Shown piece after piece: positions 18,070 through 28,155 of a DNA stretch of 55,906 bases. Source of the DNA: an uncultured Clostridia bacterium (lineage in GTDB: Bacteria > Bacillota > Clostridia > Christensenellales > Borkfalkiaceae); NCBI GenBank assembly GCA_944328905.1, contig CALVHW010000001.1, positions 1 to 55,906 on the forward strand, given 5' to 3'. The notes beneath the pieces are model-generated. The model searched no databases, was not told where the DNA came from, and saw nothing but the letters and a program-made list of their open reading frames with translations. A program made the position numbers and the translations under genes. Within the stretch, counting starts at the first letter, position 1, and the number at the start of each line of letters is the position of its first letter.

Positions 18070-19197
18070 TTATTCGATCTCTTTGATGAAACATTTGCGG
18101 CGCTTTACGATTTCGCGCTGCAGAACCGTCCATTGTGCCTGCACGTCGAGATTGCTGACGAGCTCGGGGTTGGACTCGATCTTTTGAACGCCGTCTTCGA
18201 TGATGTTGCGGATGATGCGCGCCATCATGATGGAGTTGACGCCCTTTTTCTGGTAATCGGGCCGGACGGCGACGAGCGCCATTTCCAGTTCTTTCGGCCG
18301 GGCGATGGTGCGCAACAGGCCGAAAATGGCCGGGAGCGTCATGTGGCCGCGGCTCCGGATAAGCACGTCGCAGATGGACGGGATGACCGCGCCCATGGCC
18401 ACGACCTCGTCGTTCTTATCGGTGAGCAACGAAAAATAGCGGGGGTTGATGATGGTGGCGAACTGGTCGAGAACGTCGTCCATCTGCGCGCCTTCGACGG
18501 GAACGTAACAATCAAGCGGGGCGTATGCCTCGTTGACCATGGCGAGCGCCTTGCGGCCGTATTGCGGGATGAGTTTTTTCATCGGAACGGATTCCGCGCG
18601 CTCGGTAAGCCCCAGTTTGCGCTGGGTGTATTCCGCCACGCGCGCGATGCGGGCGTCAAGCTCGTCGGGAATGCCGAAATCGTATTCCACCCATTCGCTT
18701 TCGTCTGCAAAGCCGAGTTCTTTGACCAGTTTTTCGTAATAAGGATAATTGTAATTGGTGGCATAGGTGGCGCGGCGGTCGAACCCGTAGGTGAGCAGGC
18801 CTTCCCTGTCCATATCGTTGAAACCCCACGGGCCGTGAATATACTGCATGCCGCGCTCTTTGCCGAACGCCTCGACGGCGCCGAGCAGCGCGCGGGCAAC
18901 TTCGATATCGTCGATGCAGTCGAACCGCGAAAAGCGGATATACTTTTTGCCGGAGATCGCGTTGTGCTTTTTTTGAATGATGCCCGCGGCGCGGCCGACA
19001 TAGCGGCCGTCTTTTTCGGCAAGAAAACAGCGCACCTCGCAGTCGGCAAGCGACGGATTCTTTTTCGGATCCATTATGCTGATCTCGTCGGCATACAGCG
19101 ACGGCACATAATACGGGCAGCCGCGGTAAAATTTTTCGGAAAACCGCGCAAACGCTTTTAACTGCCTGCGGGTGCGGACTTCGACGATGTTGACCAT
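18070..19197 (-). CDS. GNAT-fold N-acetyltransferase (YghO-like)
   Basis: PYYVP, GRAAG, RFSRFDCID, GPWGFNDMDREG, YNYPYY, AVRPDYQKKGV; GAAGGAG RBS. Confidence 0.85.
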   Translation of the reverse strand: MVNIVEVRTRRQLKAFARFSEKFYRGCPYYVPSLYADEISIMDPKKNPSLADCEVRCFLAEKDGRYVGRAAGIIQKKHNAISGKKYIRFSRFDCIDDIEVARALLGAVEAFGKERGMQYIHGPWGFNDMDREGLLTYGFDRRATYATNYNYPYYEKLVKELGFADESEWVEYDFGIPDELDARIARVAEYTQRKLGLTERAESVPMKKLIPQYGRKALAMVNEAYAPLDCYVPVEGAQMDDVLDQFATIINPRYFSLLTDKNDEVVAMGAVIPSICDVLIRSRGHMTLPAIFGLLRTIARPKELEMALVAVRPDYQKKGVNSIMMARIIRNIIEDGVQKIESNPELVSNLDVQAQWTVLQREIVKRRKCFIKEIE

Positions 19198-19297
19198 TCT
19201 TTCTCCTTCGGTGAGACAATGTTCCACGTACTTAACATGGGATATTCTTTATTTTATCACATATTCGGCGCGGACGCAACTCTTTTTGTAATGTTTT

Positions 19298-20602
19298 TTA
19301 TGACAGGGCGTTTCCGTCCGGCGCGGAAGGGCTTTCGGACGGGGCGAGGGGCCGCTCGACGATGCCGCGCACGGGGGCGTAACTATCCTTGCGCAGGCGC
19401 TTGCGCTCGGTTTTGCCGCCGCGGCGCACGATGAGGTACCCCTCGCTGCGGATGCCCTGTTTGGGGACGCGGAGTTCGCGCTCTTCGGCAATCTCCGCAC
19501 TTTCGCGGATCTCCGGTTCGGGGGGATCGACGTACTGCACGAGCACGCTCTCGCGCTCGTATTCAACGCCCGTGGAGCGGCCGTACACTGATACCGTGAG
19601 AGCGTTGCCGTGCACGCGGCACACGAGGTATGCCCGCGCGCCCGTTACGTTGCGGAAGCGCAGGTCGCAGCCGCTGCCGCTGACCATGGCGTCGAACGAC
19701 GGCGCGACGTAGCCGACCGCCAAGCTGTGCGGGTGGTATTCGACGATCTGCATTCCCGCCAGAAGCGCGGCATTGTAGACGGTGGTGCTGACCTGGCACA
19801 CGCCGCCGCCCACGCCCTCGGTAAATTCGCCGCCCGAGATGACGGGCGCGGGAAGATAGCCGTTTTCCTCCGTGCGCCTGCCCGCCGCGGCGTTGAACGA
19901 GAACACTTCCCCCGCCGCCAGCGCGCAGCCGATCTTTTGCGCCGCCACGGCGATGTTGTGCGAACGGTTTGCCGCCGCCGCGTTGAAATAGGTGGTGAAC
20001 CGCGCGAGGAGGGAGGCGTCCGCCTCCGCCCTCGCACGCGTGACGGGCGGGCGGGAGGTGTGTACTTCGGCGACGACCGTGCCGCCGCCCGCGGCCAGCG
20101 TTTCGCGGATATCCGCGCGCAGTTTGGCGCCGTTGACGCAGCGGCCGCTCACCTCTTGGGTAAATTGCAGGGGCGTATCCGACTGCGGATCGAACAGCGT
20201 GCGCACGTTTTCGCTGCGGCGGTAGAGGTCGGCGCAGATGCCGCGCACCGCGCGCTCTTCGTTCAGAAGGCACAGCCGCTTTTGCAGCGGGTACTCGCCG
20301 CCCCCGCCGCGCAATGCCGCAAACAGCACACGGCGCAGGTCGGTGACGAAATACAGCTCGGGCGCGCGGAAAACATAGGTGTTTTCGCCCGCGTACACGG
20401 TGAGCGATTTTTCTTCGAGTTCGCGCGCGAGCGAATCGTTGACCAGAGCCGCGGCCTCGGCCGGCGTTTTGCCGGATACGTCTACCCCGCCCACGGTGCA
20501 GCCGCGCGGCAGGCGCGACGGGGCAAACCCCGCCGCCGCCAAACAAAAAAGCGCGGCCGCAAGCGCCGCGCAAATGCTTTTGAGAGTTCTTCCCTTTGCC
20601 AT
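19298..20602 (-). CDS. VanW-family exported protein (YoaR-like)
   Basis: Signal peptide; NRSHNI, FSFNAAAGRR, GGGVCQVSTTVYNA, HPHS, DLRFRN VanW motifs. Confidence 0.9.
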   Translation of the reverse strand: MAKGRTLKSICAALAAALFCLAAAGFAPSRLPRGCTVGGVDVSGKTPAEAAALVNDSLARELEEKSLTVYAGENTYVFRAPELYFVTDLRRVLFAALRGGGGEYPLQKRLCLLNEERAVRGICADLYRRSENVRTLFDPQSDTPLQFTQEVSGRCVNGAKLRADIRETLAAGGGTVVAEVHTSRPPVTRARAEADASLLARFTTYFNAAAANRSHNIAVAAQKIGCALAAGEVFSFNAAAGRRTEENGYLPAPVISGGEFTEGVGGGVCQVSTTVYNAALLAGMQIVEYHPHSLAVGYVAPSFDAMVSGSGCDLRFRNVTGARAYLVCRVHGNALTVSVYGRSTGVEYERESVLVQYVDPPEPEIRESAEIAEERELRVPKQGIRSEGYLIVRRGGKTERKRLRKDSYAPVRGIVERPLAPSESPSAPDGNALS

Positions 20603-20622
20603 ACGCCCCTTCTCCTCGGTTA

Positions 20623-20652
20623 CAGTATGCGGAAAAGACGGGCGATCCATGC
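20623..20652 (-). promoter_or_regulatory. Putative forespore sigmaG-type promoter of VanW gene
   Basis: GCATG-18 bp-CATACTG resembles GHATA-18-CATAHTA. Confidence 0.4.
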
Positions 20653-20667
20653 GCACTATTTTACTCT

Positions 20668-20900
20668 CTTCGCGCAAATCTCCGCAAAAGAGATGCGGAT
20701 ATTTGCTTGATATTCAGAGAAAACCCGCGGGCGCGCGGCTATGCCGCTGGCCGCCAGTTTTCTCTCTGCGGCGCATACTTTAAAAGGCTCTCAAAATTTT
20801 AATGCGCCGCATTCACTCTTTCGGCATGAGCCGTAAGAATGCGGCTAATTGGGGGCGCTTTCCGCAAAACGCGGTTTGCGGACGCGCGAGTGATTATTTA
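20668..20900 (+). repeat. Structured repeat family, copy 8
   Basis: Near-identical linkers to copy 6; H3 TGCGGCGCAT/ATGCGCCGCA; H5 TCCGCAAA-ACGCGG-TTTGCGGA. Confidence 0.92.
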
Positions 20901-20974
20901 TTGTACAAAACCGTGCCGCGAGCGCTATTTTACGGACGTCGCAGAAAAAGCTCCGCGCAGACGGGGTTCGCCGT

Positions 20975-21460
20975 TTAATTGCGCACGAGGCGCTTGCAAG
21001 TCCATTCGCGCACGCGGATCTCCGCCGCCGCGGTGAACGAGAGGGCGCGCGCATCGAAGGGCGTTTCGGCAAAGGTTTCGCCCGTGTAGTGCGCCATGAG
21101 GACGCGCAGGGCGTGCTCGCGCTCCTCTTCTTTTTCCAGAACGCGCGCAATGCCCGTGCCGCAGATGCTCTCGTAATCGGAAGTATAGCCGCAGGGCGCC
21201 GTGCCCTTGTTGAACACGCGCAGCAAATTCGCCGCAGAAAAGCCGACTTCGGGATTGCCGCGGAGAAGATCGAGTTTGGTGCCCTCTTTGGCGCAGTGAA
21301 AGTATAGAAACAGATCGCCGCCGCGCAGTTCCGCCCCGAAGTTGAGGGGCACGAGGTAGGGCGCGCCGCCCGTTTGCATGGCGAGCGTGAAATATCGGCA
21401 GCGCAGCAGCACTGCCAGTTTTTCGGATATATCGGTAACTTCGCGGTCGGATTTACGCAT
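20975..21460 (-). CDS. Pyridoxamine 5'-phosphate oxidase family (NimA-like) flavin-binding protein
   Basis: MRKSDREV, PYLVPLNFG, YFHCAKEGTKL, YESICGTG; AAGGAG RBS before 21460. Confidence 0.9.
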   Translation of the reverse strand: MRKSDREVTDISEKLAVLLRCRYFTLAMQTGGAPYLVPLNFGAELRGGDLFLYFHCAKEGTKLDLLRGNPEVGFSAANLLRVFNKGTAPCGYTSDYESICGTGIARVLEKEEEREHALRVLMAHYTGETFAETPFDARALSFTAAAEIRVREWTCKRLVRN

Positions 21461-21480
21461 GGAAAACTCCTTATTTTTGT

Positions 21481-21835
21481 TCTCGCATTTCTCGGCGAGC
21501 TGAAGGTGCACGAGGCTTTCACTTGCTTGCAATGGCGAAAACGAGTGCACCGCAATCGTCTCCGATTACGCCTGCGAAATGCCGAGATTTTAGGGAGACA
21601 CCGCCGCACGGCGCGTTGCGACTAACGTCGTTTTCTCCCTCTTTTTGCCCTTTTTAAGGGCTCACCTTTATAGAACGGGCAAAAATTCACCCTCTTCCCA
21701 TAAGCCGAAGCGTTATGCCGAATGTTTTCGGCTATTTGGGGGATGCCTTGGCAAAAGCGCGGTTTTGCTTGCGCAAATAATTATTTTCAGTTCACGAAAA
21801 TTCGTGAAAAGAGTTCGCAAAAATTCCGTGATTTT
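21481..21835 (+). repeat. Structured repeat family, copy 9 (with module C at 21490-21577) plus lone H1 hairpin 21791-21835
   Basis: GGGAGACACCGCCG..GTTTTCTCCC, TTTTTGCCC/GGGCAAAAA, TTCACCCTCTTCCCATAAGCCG, GCAAAA-GCGCGG-TTTTGC, ATTATTTT; then TTCACGAAAA..AAGAG..TTCCGTGA. Confidence 0.9.
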
Positions 21836-21874
21836 CCGGGGGGCGAAGAAAGAACACCTGACAGACGGCAGAAC

Positions 21875-23011
21875 TTACCGCGAGCGAAGGCGGAGGACGC
21901 AGTTGCGGACGATTTGCGCGGCGCGCAGGGCTTCTTCTTCCGAAGTGTTTTTGCCGAAGGTGAAACGCACGCCTGCGCGCGCCTCTTGCTCCGTTCTGCC
22001 CATGGCGAGCAACACGTGGCTGGGTTCGGGTGAGCCGGACGAACACGCCGCCCCGCCCGACGCCGCGACGCCCGCTAAATCGAGCGCCGCCAACAGCGCA
22101 TCGCCGGCAACGCCTTCAAACGTAAAATGCGCGTTGCCCGGCAGGCGCTGCTGCGGATGGCCGTTGTAACGGACGCCCGGAATTGTTTGCAGAATTTCCT
22201 GCACGAACGCGTCGCGCGCGGCACGGATGTGCGAAGTGCGCTCCTGCCGCTCTTTGCAGGCGAGGCGGAACGCCTCCGCCATGCCCACGATCGCCGGAAC
22301 GTTGAGCGTGCCGCCGCGCAGGCCGCGCTCCTGCTGCCCGCCCGCAATGAGTTTTGCCAGCGGCGTGCCCGCACGGACATACAGCGCGCCCGCACCCTTC
22401 GGCCCGTAAAATTTGTGCGAGGACAGAGAGAGCAAATCGCAGCCGATTTCGTTGACGTTGAGTTCGAGCGCACCCGCCGCCTGCACGGCATCGGTGAAAA
22501 ACAATGCGCCGCACCCGTGCGCCGCCGCGGCGATCTCTTTGAGCGGCTGCACGGTGCCCACCTCGTTGTTCGCCGCCATGACGGCGACGAGCGCCGTGTC
22601 TTTGTGCAGCAGGCCCTGCAAAGCGGCAAGGTCGGCCGCGCCGTATTCGTCGACCGGGGCGAGCGAAAGTTCGCAGCCCTCCCCTTTGAGAAGTTCGGCC
22701 GCTTCCAGCACGGCGTGGTGCTCCGTTGCGCCGACAACGAAATGCTTTTTGCCCGACGCGCGCACGCTGCCCCGCACCGCCCAGTTATCCGCCTCGGTGC
22801 CGCCCGACGTGAAATAAATTTCCGATGAACGTGCCCCCAAAAGCGAGGCGATTTCGTCGCGCGCGGCGTCTATGGCGGCGGCCGCGCGGCGGCCGAATGC
22901 GTGCGGCGAATGCGGGTTGCCGAACCGTTCGCCGAAATAGGGCAGCATCTTTTCCAGCACCCGGCCGTCGACCGGGGTGGTGGCGGCGTGGTCGAGATAG
23001 ATTTCTTTCAT
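21875..23011 (-). CDS. iscS: Cysteine desulfurase
   Basis: IYLDHAATTP, FTSGGTEADN, ANNEVG, TDAVQA, SSHKFYGPKG (PLP Lys), SGGAACSSG (catalytic Cys). Confidence 0.95.
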   Translation of the reverse strand: MKEIYLDHAATTPVDGRVLEKMLPYFGERFGNPHSPHAFGRRAAAAIDAARDEIASLLGARSSEIYFTSGGTEADNWAVRGSVRASGKKHFVVGATEHHAVLEAAELLKGEGCELSLAPVDEYGAADLAALQGLLHKDTALVAVMAANNEVGTVQPLKEIAAAAHGCGALFFTDAVQAAGALELNVNEIGCDLLSLSSHKFYGPKGAGALYVRAGTPLAKLIAGGQQERGLRGGTLNVPAIVGMAEAFRLACKERQERTSHIRAARDAFVQEILQTIPGVRYNGHPQQRLPGNAHFTFEGVAGDALLAALDLAGVAASGGAACSSGSPEPSHVLLAMGRTEQEARAGVRFTFGKNTSEEEALRAAQIVRNCVLRLRSR

Positions 23012-23022
23012 GCCCGCTCCCC

Positions 23023-23463
23023 TCAATACGCGACCCGCCGCTCTTCGGAATTGGGGCGGCATACGCGCACTTCGCAGTGGTCGTCGAGCATGGATTGCAG
23101 CGTCATCGAATCGAGAACCTCGTTGATGCCCGCGTACAGTTTACGCCATACCTCGCCCGCGGCGCACTTTTCGCAGGAGGACGTGATGCAGTCGGCAAAC
23201 TCCATGTTGTCTTCCAGGGCGCGCGCGATATCTCCCACTGTGATCTCGCGCGGCGGGCGCGTGAGTTTGTACCCGCCCGTAACGCCCCGCTCCGCCGCGA
23301 CGATGCCGTGCTTTGCCAGAAGGCGCATGATCTTTTCGATATACTTGCCGGAAACGGCGATGTCTTTTTCCAGCGACGACGCGCTGACGCATCCGCCCGG
23401 ATAACGCTGCGCGAGAATGTAACAGGCCTTCAGCCCGTACTGCGATTTGGATGACAGACGCAT
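23023..23463 (-). CDS. iscR: Rrf2-family regulator (IscR-like)
   Basis: MRLSSKSQYGL, YIEKIM, RGVTGGYKL, three C-terminal Cys (DCITSSCEKC); upstream of iscS. Confidence 0.85.
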   Translation of the reverse strand: MRLSSKSQYGLKACYILAQRYPGGCVSASSLEKDIAVSGKYIEKIMRLLAKHGIVAAERGVTGGYKLTRPPREITVGDIARALEDNMEFADCITSSCEKCAAGEVWRKLYAGINEVLDSMTLQSMLDDHCEVRVCRPNSEERRVAY

Positions 23464-23511
23464 TGCTTTTTTCTCCTCTGTGCGCACCTGCACCGTACCC
23501 GGCGCCGCGCT

Positions 23512-23538
23512 TAATTACTACTTAATTGGTAGTAATTA
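23512..23538. promoter_or_regulatory. Palindromic operator, probably Rrf2 autoregulation site
   Basis: TAATTACTAC-7 bp-GTAGTAATTA perfect inverted repeat abutting the -10 box. Confidence 0.7.
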
Positions 23539-23566
23539 TTATACATCTTCGCCGGCGCCGCGTCAA
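23538..23566 (-). promoter_or_regulatory. SigmaA promoter of iscR-iscS
   Basis: TTGACG-17 bp-TATAAT. Confidence 0.8.
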
Positions 23567-23743
23567 CCGTTTGCGGCGGGAATCGGCGAAAAAACAAAAA
23601 AGGCGCCGTGAAAGCGCCTTTTTGCTTGTTTACGTCACCTGCATAGTGTCCGGCCGCAGCGAGATACGCGCATGGGCTGCGCGGCAGCACCCTCTGCCCG
23701 GCGCGCGGAAAAGGATTCAAAACGGCAAAAGAGGGCGCGCCGG

Positions 23744-25345
23744 TCATTCGGACGCCATTTCCAGAAGCAGCGAACGCAGTTTTTCGAATTGCTCTTCGCT
23801 GTGGGGATAGACTTCGTAGCCTTCCCAGCCGCAGGAGCGGATGAGATCGCGCACGCGCTCCGCGCCGCAGCGGCGCGCCGCGGTGAGGCAGATGCGGTAA
23901 TCCTGCATGGCCTGGAAAAACAACTCGCTGCGCAGCGAATCGACCGGCCCGTCTGCGCCCGGGTATACGATGAAGGGATCGCCCGCGGGAAAGGCGCCGC
24001 CGCCCGCCTGGTCGACATACGGATTGATCTTATCTTTGGAAAGCGGAGTGTTGTAGAAATTGTAGCCCCACTGCAAAAATCCCGCCGCACCGTTGAGAAA
24101 CAGCTGGAAACCGAGGATGCGCGTGCGCAGAGAGGGCATATCGATCAGCGCGTTGGTCACATACGACGCCGTTTGGCCGCAGCAATAGTACACCCACACT
24201 CTGCGCCCCGCTTCCAGGAAAGGATTTACATGGTTGACCGCCACGACGGGGGTATCGACGATGTCGGCATATTCGAAACTGCTGAGAGCGTCGATGACGG
24301 TATAATTTTTCAGAAACCGATCGAGGAAAGCCTTGTGGCTCTTATACGTCTCTATGGTGGCATCCCACGGTTCGTCGGAGATGTGGAAGAGGCAGCGCCG
24401 CGCCACGCCCTTTTCTTCGAGAAAGGCGGTGAGTTGCGGCAGCAGTTCGGAAAGGAACGCGCGGTAAGACGCATCCTGCGAAGAGACCGCCCAGCCGAAT
24501 TCTTCTTTGGCGGCGCCGTTTTCCGTGACCACGATGTTGGGGCAATACTGCGCGCCCCACTGCGTGAACAGGTGCGACATTTCAAAGTATTCGATGCCGC
24601 GCGCGAGCATAAAATCGATGAACGTATTCAGTTTTTCGAAACTGAAACTGTATTTTCCGTTTTTGCGGGATACCTCGATCAACTGCGCGACGCGGCGTTT
24701 GCCGCCCACCTCGGTATCCAGGCAGGGCGTGAACAGCGGCGTTAAAATGACGTTGTTGCCGTGCGAAACGTAGTTTTCTATCCACGGCGACAGGGCGCGG
24801 CAGTATTCTTCGGTGAACGGCTCTTCGCCGCAGACGTCGGCCATGCAGTCGTAATGGAACCAGTGCGTGACGAGCAGATCGCTTTTATCGAGCGCGCCCG
24901 CGTACACGGTGAGCGAAAACTCCGTTTGGGCGACGACTTCGCCGGCCTCGCTGCGCAGAATGATCTGCGGGCGGTACTGCCCGGCGGGCAGGCCGGAAAA
25001 TTCTGCCCATACGAGCGAATTTCGGCCCGGGGAGGCGAACACGCCTTCGCGCCCGATGGGGCACAGAATGTCGGGCAGGCGGGCCGCTTTGAGGTAATAA
25101 TCGTCGCATTCGAACGTACCGCCCGATGCGTTGCCGTCGACATAAATTTCGCGGCGGAGGCGGACGCCGCACTCCACCCCTTCTGCGGAAAGCGTGTGCG
25201 AGCAGAAGCCTTTTTCGGCGAGCATCACGATCTGAAAGGCGAATTTTTCGCCCGAAAGCGCGCTCGCCTCGCGCAGAACGGGGATGTTCCCGTCCGACGG
25301 CGATATTTTGTAATTCGGGGATACGACCTGCAATTTTACCTGCAT
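23744..25345 (-). CDS. DUF4091-domain putative glycoside hydrolase
   Basis: THWFHYDC, FEMSHLFTQWGA, HISDEP, WVYYCC, GFLQWGYNFY, FPAGDPFIVYPG. Confidence 0.85.
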   Translation of the reverse strand: MQVKLQVVSPNYKISPSDGNIPVLREASALSGEKFAFQIVMLAEKGFCSHTLSAEGVECGVRLRREIYVDGNASGGTFECDDYYLKAARLPDILCPIGREGVFASPGRNSLVWAEFSGLPAGQYRPQIILRSEAGEVVAQTEFSLTVYAGALDKSDLLVTHWFHYDCMADVCGEEPFTEEYCRALSPWIENYVSHGNNVILTPLFTPCLDTEVGGKRRVAQLIEVSRKNGKYSFSFEKLNTFIDFMLARGIEYFEMSHLFTQWGAQYCPNIVVTENGAAKEEFGWAVSSQDASYRAFLSELLPQLTAFLEEKGVARRCLFHISDEPWDATIETYKSHKAFLDRFLKNYTVIDALSSFEYADIVDTPVVAVNHVNPFLEAGRRVWVYYCCGQTASYVTNALIDMPSLRTRILGFQLFLNGAAGFLQWGYNFYNTPLSKDKINPYVDQAGGGAFPAGDPFIVYPGADGPVDSLRSELFFQAMQDYRICLTAARRCGAERVRDLIRSCGWEGYEVYPHSEEQFEKLRSLLLEMASE

Positions 25346-25433
25346 TTTCTTTCTTCTCCGATTCCGGCGGCGTTTGTTACGCCTGCCGTTATTTTTTATA
25401 TAATTTATCTTACCACACAAAAAGGCAAAAGTC

Positions 25434-25470
25434 TTGTCGTATTATAACAATAATTTGTTGTTTTATAACA
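25434..25470. promoter_or_regulatory. Tandem direct repeats at 21-bp spacing, likely AraC-family activator site
   Basis: TTGTCGTATTATAACA (25434) and TTGTTGTTTTATAACA (25455), next to the weak -35 of a minus-strand TGg-TAAGAT promoter (25407-25412). Confidence 0.55.
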
Positions 25471-25699
25471 TCGGAGTACCGAAACCCCTTAACAATGCCG
25501 CATCTCTTTGCTATAATGAAAACAGTAATTGCAAAGGATCTTTTATGTATAAACTTCATTATATCGCGCTCCGCCAGCATACCGCGCTCCGCAGCCGGAC
25601 GTCAGGCGGGAGGCCGGCCAGCCTGCCGGACGCGCTGTTGCAAAAGGCGGCCGCGGGCAAAGGACAGCGGCCGACGGCATTGACTGCGCACGGGCGCAT

Positions 25700-26563
25700 T
25701 CAATGATAAAATTTTTTGGAAAACTCGTCCCAGCCGGAAGGTTTGCGGCGGTTTTCCCCTTCCCTGTATGCCGTGGGCGTGAGGCCTATGTATTTGCGGA
25801 AACAGCGTTCGAAATAGAGAGCGTCTTCAAACCCGACGGAAAGCGCCACGTCCTTGACCAGCATATCGGTACCGGCGAGCAGTTCGCAGGCCTTGTGCAG
25901 CCGCTTTTGGCGCAGATATGCGAAAATGCCCGTATGCATATATTCTTTGAAGGTATACGAGAGGTAATTGGGGTGAAAATGAAACATTTCGCTCAGTTTT
26001 GCCAGCGTTATGCCGCAATCGGTAAAATTTTCATCCAGCCAACGGGCGAGGAGCTCTGACAGCGTGCGGCGGGAATCGTTCTCTTCTCCGTGTTCGGAGG
26101 AACTGCTGAAATAGCTGAGCGTTTTCAGCAGCAGCGCCTCCGCCACCAACGCGGCACTGCGGTTGGCGCGCGAGCGGTTGAATTCGCGCAGCCATTCGCG
26201 CACCAGGGGCGTGTAGCCGCGCCGCACACAGCTGCGGTAAGATATGCCGAAACCGGCGTACAGCCGCTCGACATCTGCCCCGCGGAAAGACAGCCAGACC
26301 AGCTTCCAGCCCTGCCCTGCAAAATAATACGGCTTGCCCGGAAACAGAAAGAAAAAATCGCCTTTGGAAAGGTCGAACTGCCCCTGCTCCGTTTTCAGCA
26401 CGCCGCCGCCTTCGGCTACGAGGTACAGAAAATAACAGTCTGTCGTTTCAAATTCGGTGCAGTCGAACGGTTTCGGCTCGTATACAAAATGCAGCAGCCG
26501 CAGTCCGCCCGCACGATCTTCGGAAAAATATTGGCATACGGAAAGGTTGTTGTATCCGCGCAT
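25700..26563 (-). CDS. AraC-family transcriptional regulator
   Basis: N-terminal cupin-like domain; C-terminal HTH YLSYTFK...VKDVALSVGFEDALYFERCFRKYIGLTPTAYR. Confidence 0.93.
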   Translation of the reverse strand: MRGYNNLSVCQYFSEDRAGGLRLLHFVYEPKPFDCTEFETTDCYFLYLVAEGGGVLKTEQGQFDLSKGDFFFLFPGKPYYFAGQGWKLVWLSFRGADVERLYAGFGISYRSCVRRGYTPLVREWLREFNRSRANRSAALVAEALLLKTLSYFSSSSEHGEENDSRRTLSELLARWLDENFTDCGITLAKLSEMFHFHPNYLSYTFKEYMHTGIFAYLRQKRLHKACELLAGTDMLVKDVALSVGFEDALYFERCFRKYIGLTPTAYREGENRRKPSGWDEFSKKFYH

Positions 26564-27036
26564 ATTTCCTCCTTCCGCGCGGCGCAACGGCTGCGCGCGA
26601 ACAATTTGCCGCCCCGGCTGCATTGTGCCAAAGGCGGACTTTACGGCGCAGCCTTTTTCTTAATTATACTGTAAGAAAATAATAAGAACCCGTTTTCGAC
26701 GGCAGCCCTTGTGCGCCTCGCCGTTCATCGTTTTTGCAACACGGCGGTATTGCCGCATCCTCTTTATGGCAAAGCCTTCCCTTACAGTATAGCATAAATT
26801 TTATTTTTGGCAAGTAAAAACGATAATTTATCTATATATACGGATAAAAATTCCATATGCAAAACAGCAAAAATGTGCTATACTGATTGCTATGCGGAGC
26901 GGGAAAGGATTCCGCGCAGGTGCGCGGGATGCGGCCGCGCGCAGGGGGCGCGGCTAAAACCGACGGCTGCACGGCGTTCTGCCCTCCCGCATGACCGCAC
27001 AGGAAAAATTTACGGGGAGACCGGGAGTTACTGATC

Positions 27037-28038
27037 ATGCAATATTATCTGTTCCTGCTCGGCGCAACGCTGCTGTACTCGGTGCAGTTCGTATTTTTGA
27101 AATACTTTCAGAAAGTGCGCGGAACGGGGTTGGCCGCTTCGATCGCGTTCAGCGGCGGCGCGGCGGCCGTATTGTTCGTTGTTTTGCTGTGCGCGAACGG
27201 TCTGCGCATCGCTTTTTCCCCTTTTTCGCTGGGGGTGGCGGCACTGTATGCCGCCGCCATGATCGGCATGAACGCGGCGGGAATCAAATCGCTCGGATAC
27301 GTGAGCCTTTCGCTGTATACGCTGTTTTCCATGCCCGGCGGTATGCTGCTGCCCGTGTTATACGGCGTTTGCACGGGCGAGGCCATGACCTGGATGAAAG
27401 GCGCCGGACTCGCGGTACTGTTGGCGGCGCTGCTGCTTGCCGTGCGCGATACGGGCAAACCGGGGCTGACGGGCGCGCTTTGCTGCGCCGGCATTTTTGT
27501 GCTCAACGGTTCTTTCGGGATTTTTACAAAATGGCACCAAAGCAGTCCGCTCGCCGTGCCTACTTTGGATTTTTTGATTCTTTTCAGCGCGATCACCGCC
27601 GCCGCAAGCGTTTTGCTGCTTATACCGCTCGCCGCTTACGGGCGGAGCAAAAACAGAGGGGCGCGATCCGCCAGGGCGGGTGCGCAGGCCGCGGAAAGCT
27701 GTGCCGCGGAAGAACAGAACGGCGATTCTGCCGCGGCGCGGGACGAAGGCGAAACGCGCGGCGACGGACAAGGCCCGCGGTGCGGCGCGGCGGCAAAAAG
27801 GGAAAACGTTCTTTCATGGGCGAGCGTGGCCGGGTATGCCGCCGTGAACGGCGGCGCGCAGCTGATCGTGATGTTTTGCGCGCAGTATGTGGACGCGAGC
27901 GTGCAATACCCCATCATTACGGGCGGCTGCGTGCTGTTTTCCGTTGTGACGGGACTTTTGTTCGGCGAAAAGGCGACGCCGCGGGCAATACTTCGCGCCG
28001 CGCTCGCCGTTATCGGCACGCTGCTGTTCATGTTCTGA
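27037..28038 (+). CDS. EamA/DMT-family membrane transporter
   Basis: About 10 TM helices in two repeats; GLLFGEK motif; GGGAG RBS. Confidence 0.8.
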   Translation: MQYYLFLLGATLLYSVQFVFLKYFQKVRGTGLAASIAFSGGAAAVLFVVLLCANGLRIAFSPFSLGVAALYAAAMIGMNAAGIKSLGYVSLSLYTLFSMPGGMLLPVLYGVCTGEAMTWMKGAGLAVLLAALLLAVRDTGKPGLTGALCCAGIFVLNGSFGIFTKWHQSSPLAVPTLDFLILFSAITAAASVLLLIPLAAYGRSKNRGARSARAGAQAAESCAAEEQNGDSAAARDEGETRGDGQGPRCGAAAKRENVLSWASVAGYAAVNGGAQLIVMFCAQYVDASVQYPIITGGCVLFSVVTGLLFGEKATPRAILRAALAVIGTLLFMF

Positions 28039-28085
28039 CGGCCGCCGGAACCCTGCCGTATACGAAAGCCGTTCAAGAAACCGAT

Positions 28086-28122
28086 ACGTCCTCCCCGCGA
28101 CAGCGCGGGGAGGACGTGTTTT
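28086..28122. terminator. Terminator between convergent EamA and GH105 genes
   Basis: ACGTCCTCCCCGCG/CGCGGGGAGGACGT stem plus T-tract. Confidence 0.75.
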
Positions 28123-28155
28123 GCTTTTATTCTGTTTTGCCGGAGGCCGATGCGA

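Noticed and set aside
19298-20602. Vancomycin resistance locus
   Set aside because: Only a VanW-domain gene is present, with no vanHAX/vanB/vanRS; VanW-family genes are common in spore formers.
21490-21577. Hammerhead ribozyme in module C
   Set aside because: It is a three-way junction, but the core reads CUGAAG/GCAA rather than CUGANGA/GAAA with wrong spacing, and GNRA/G-U evidence favours the opposite strand.
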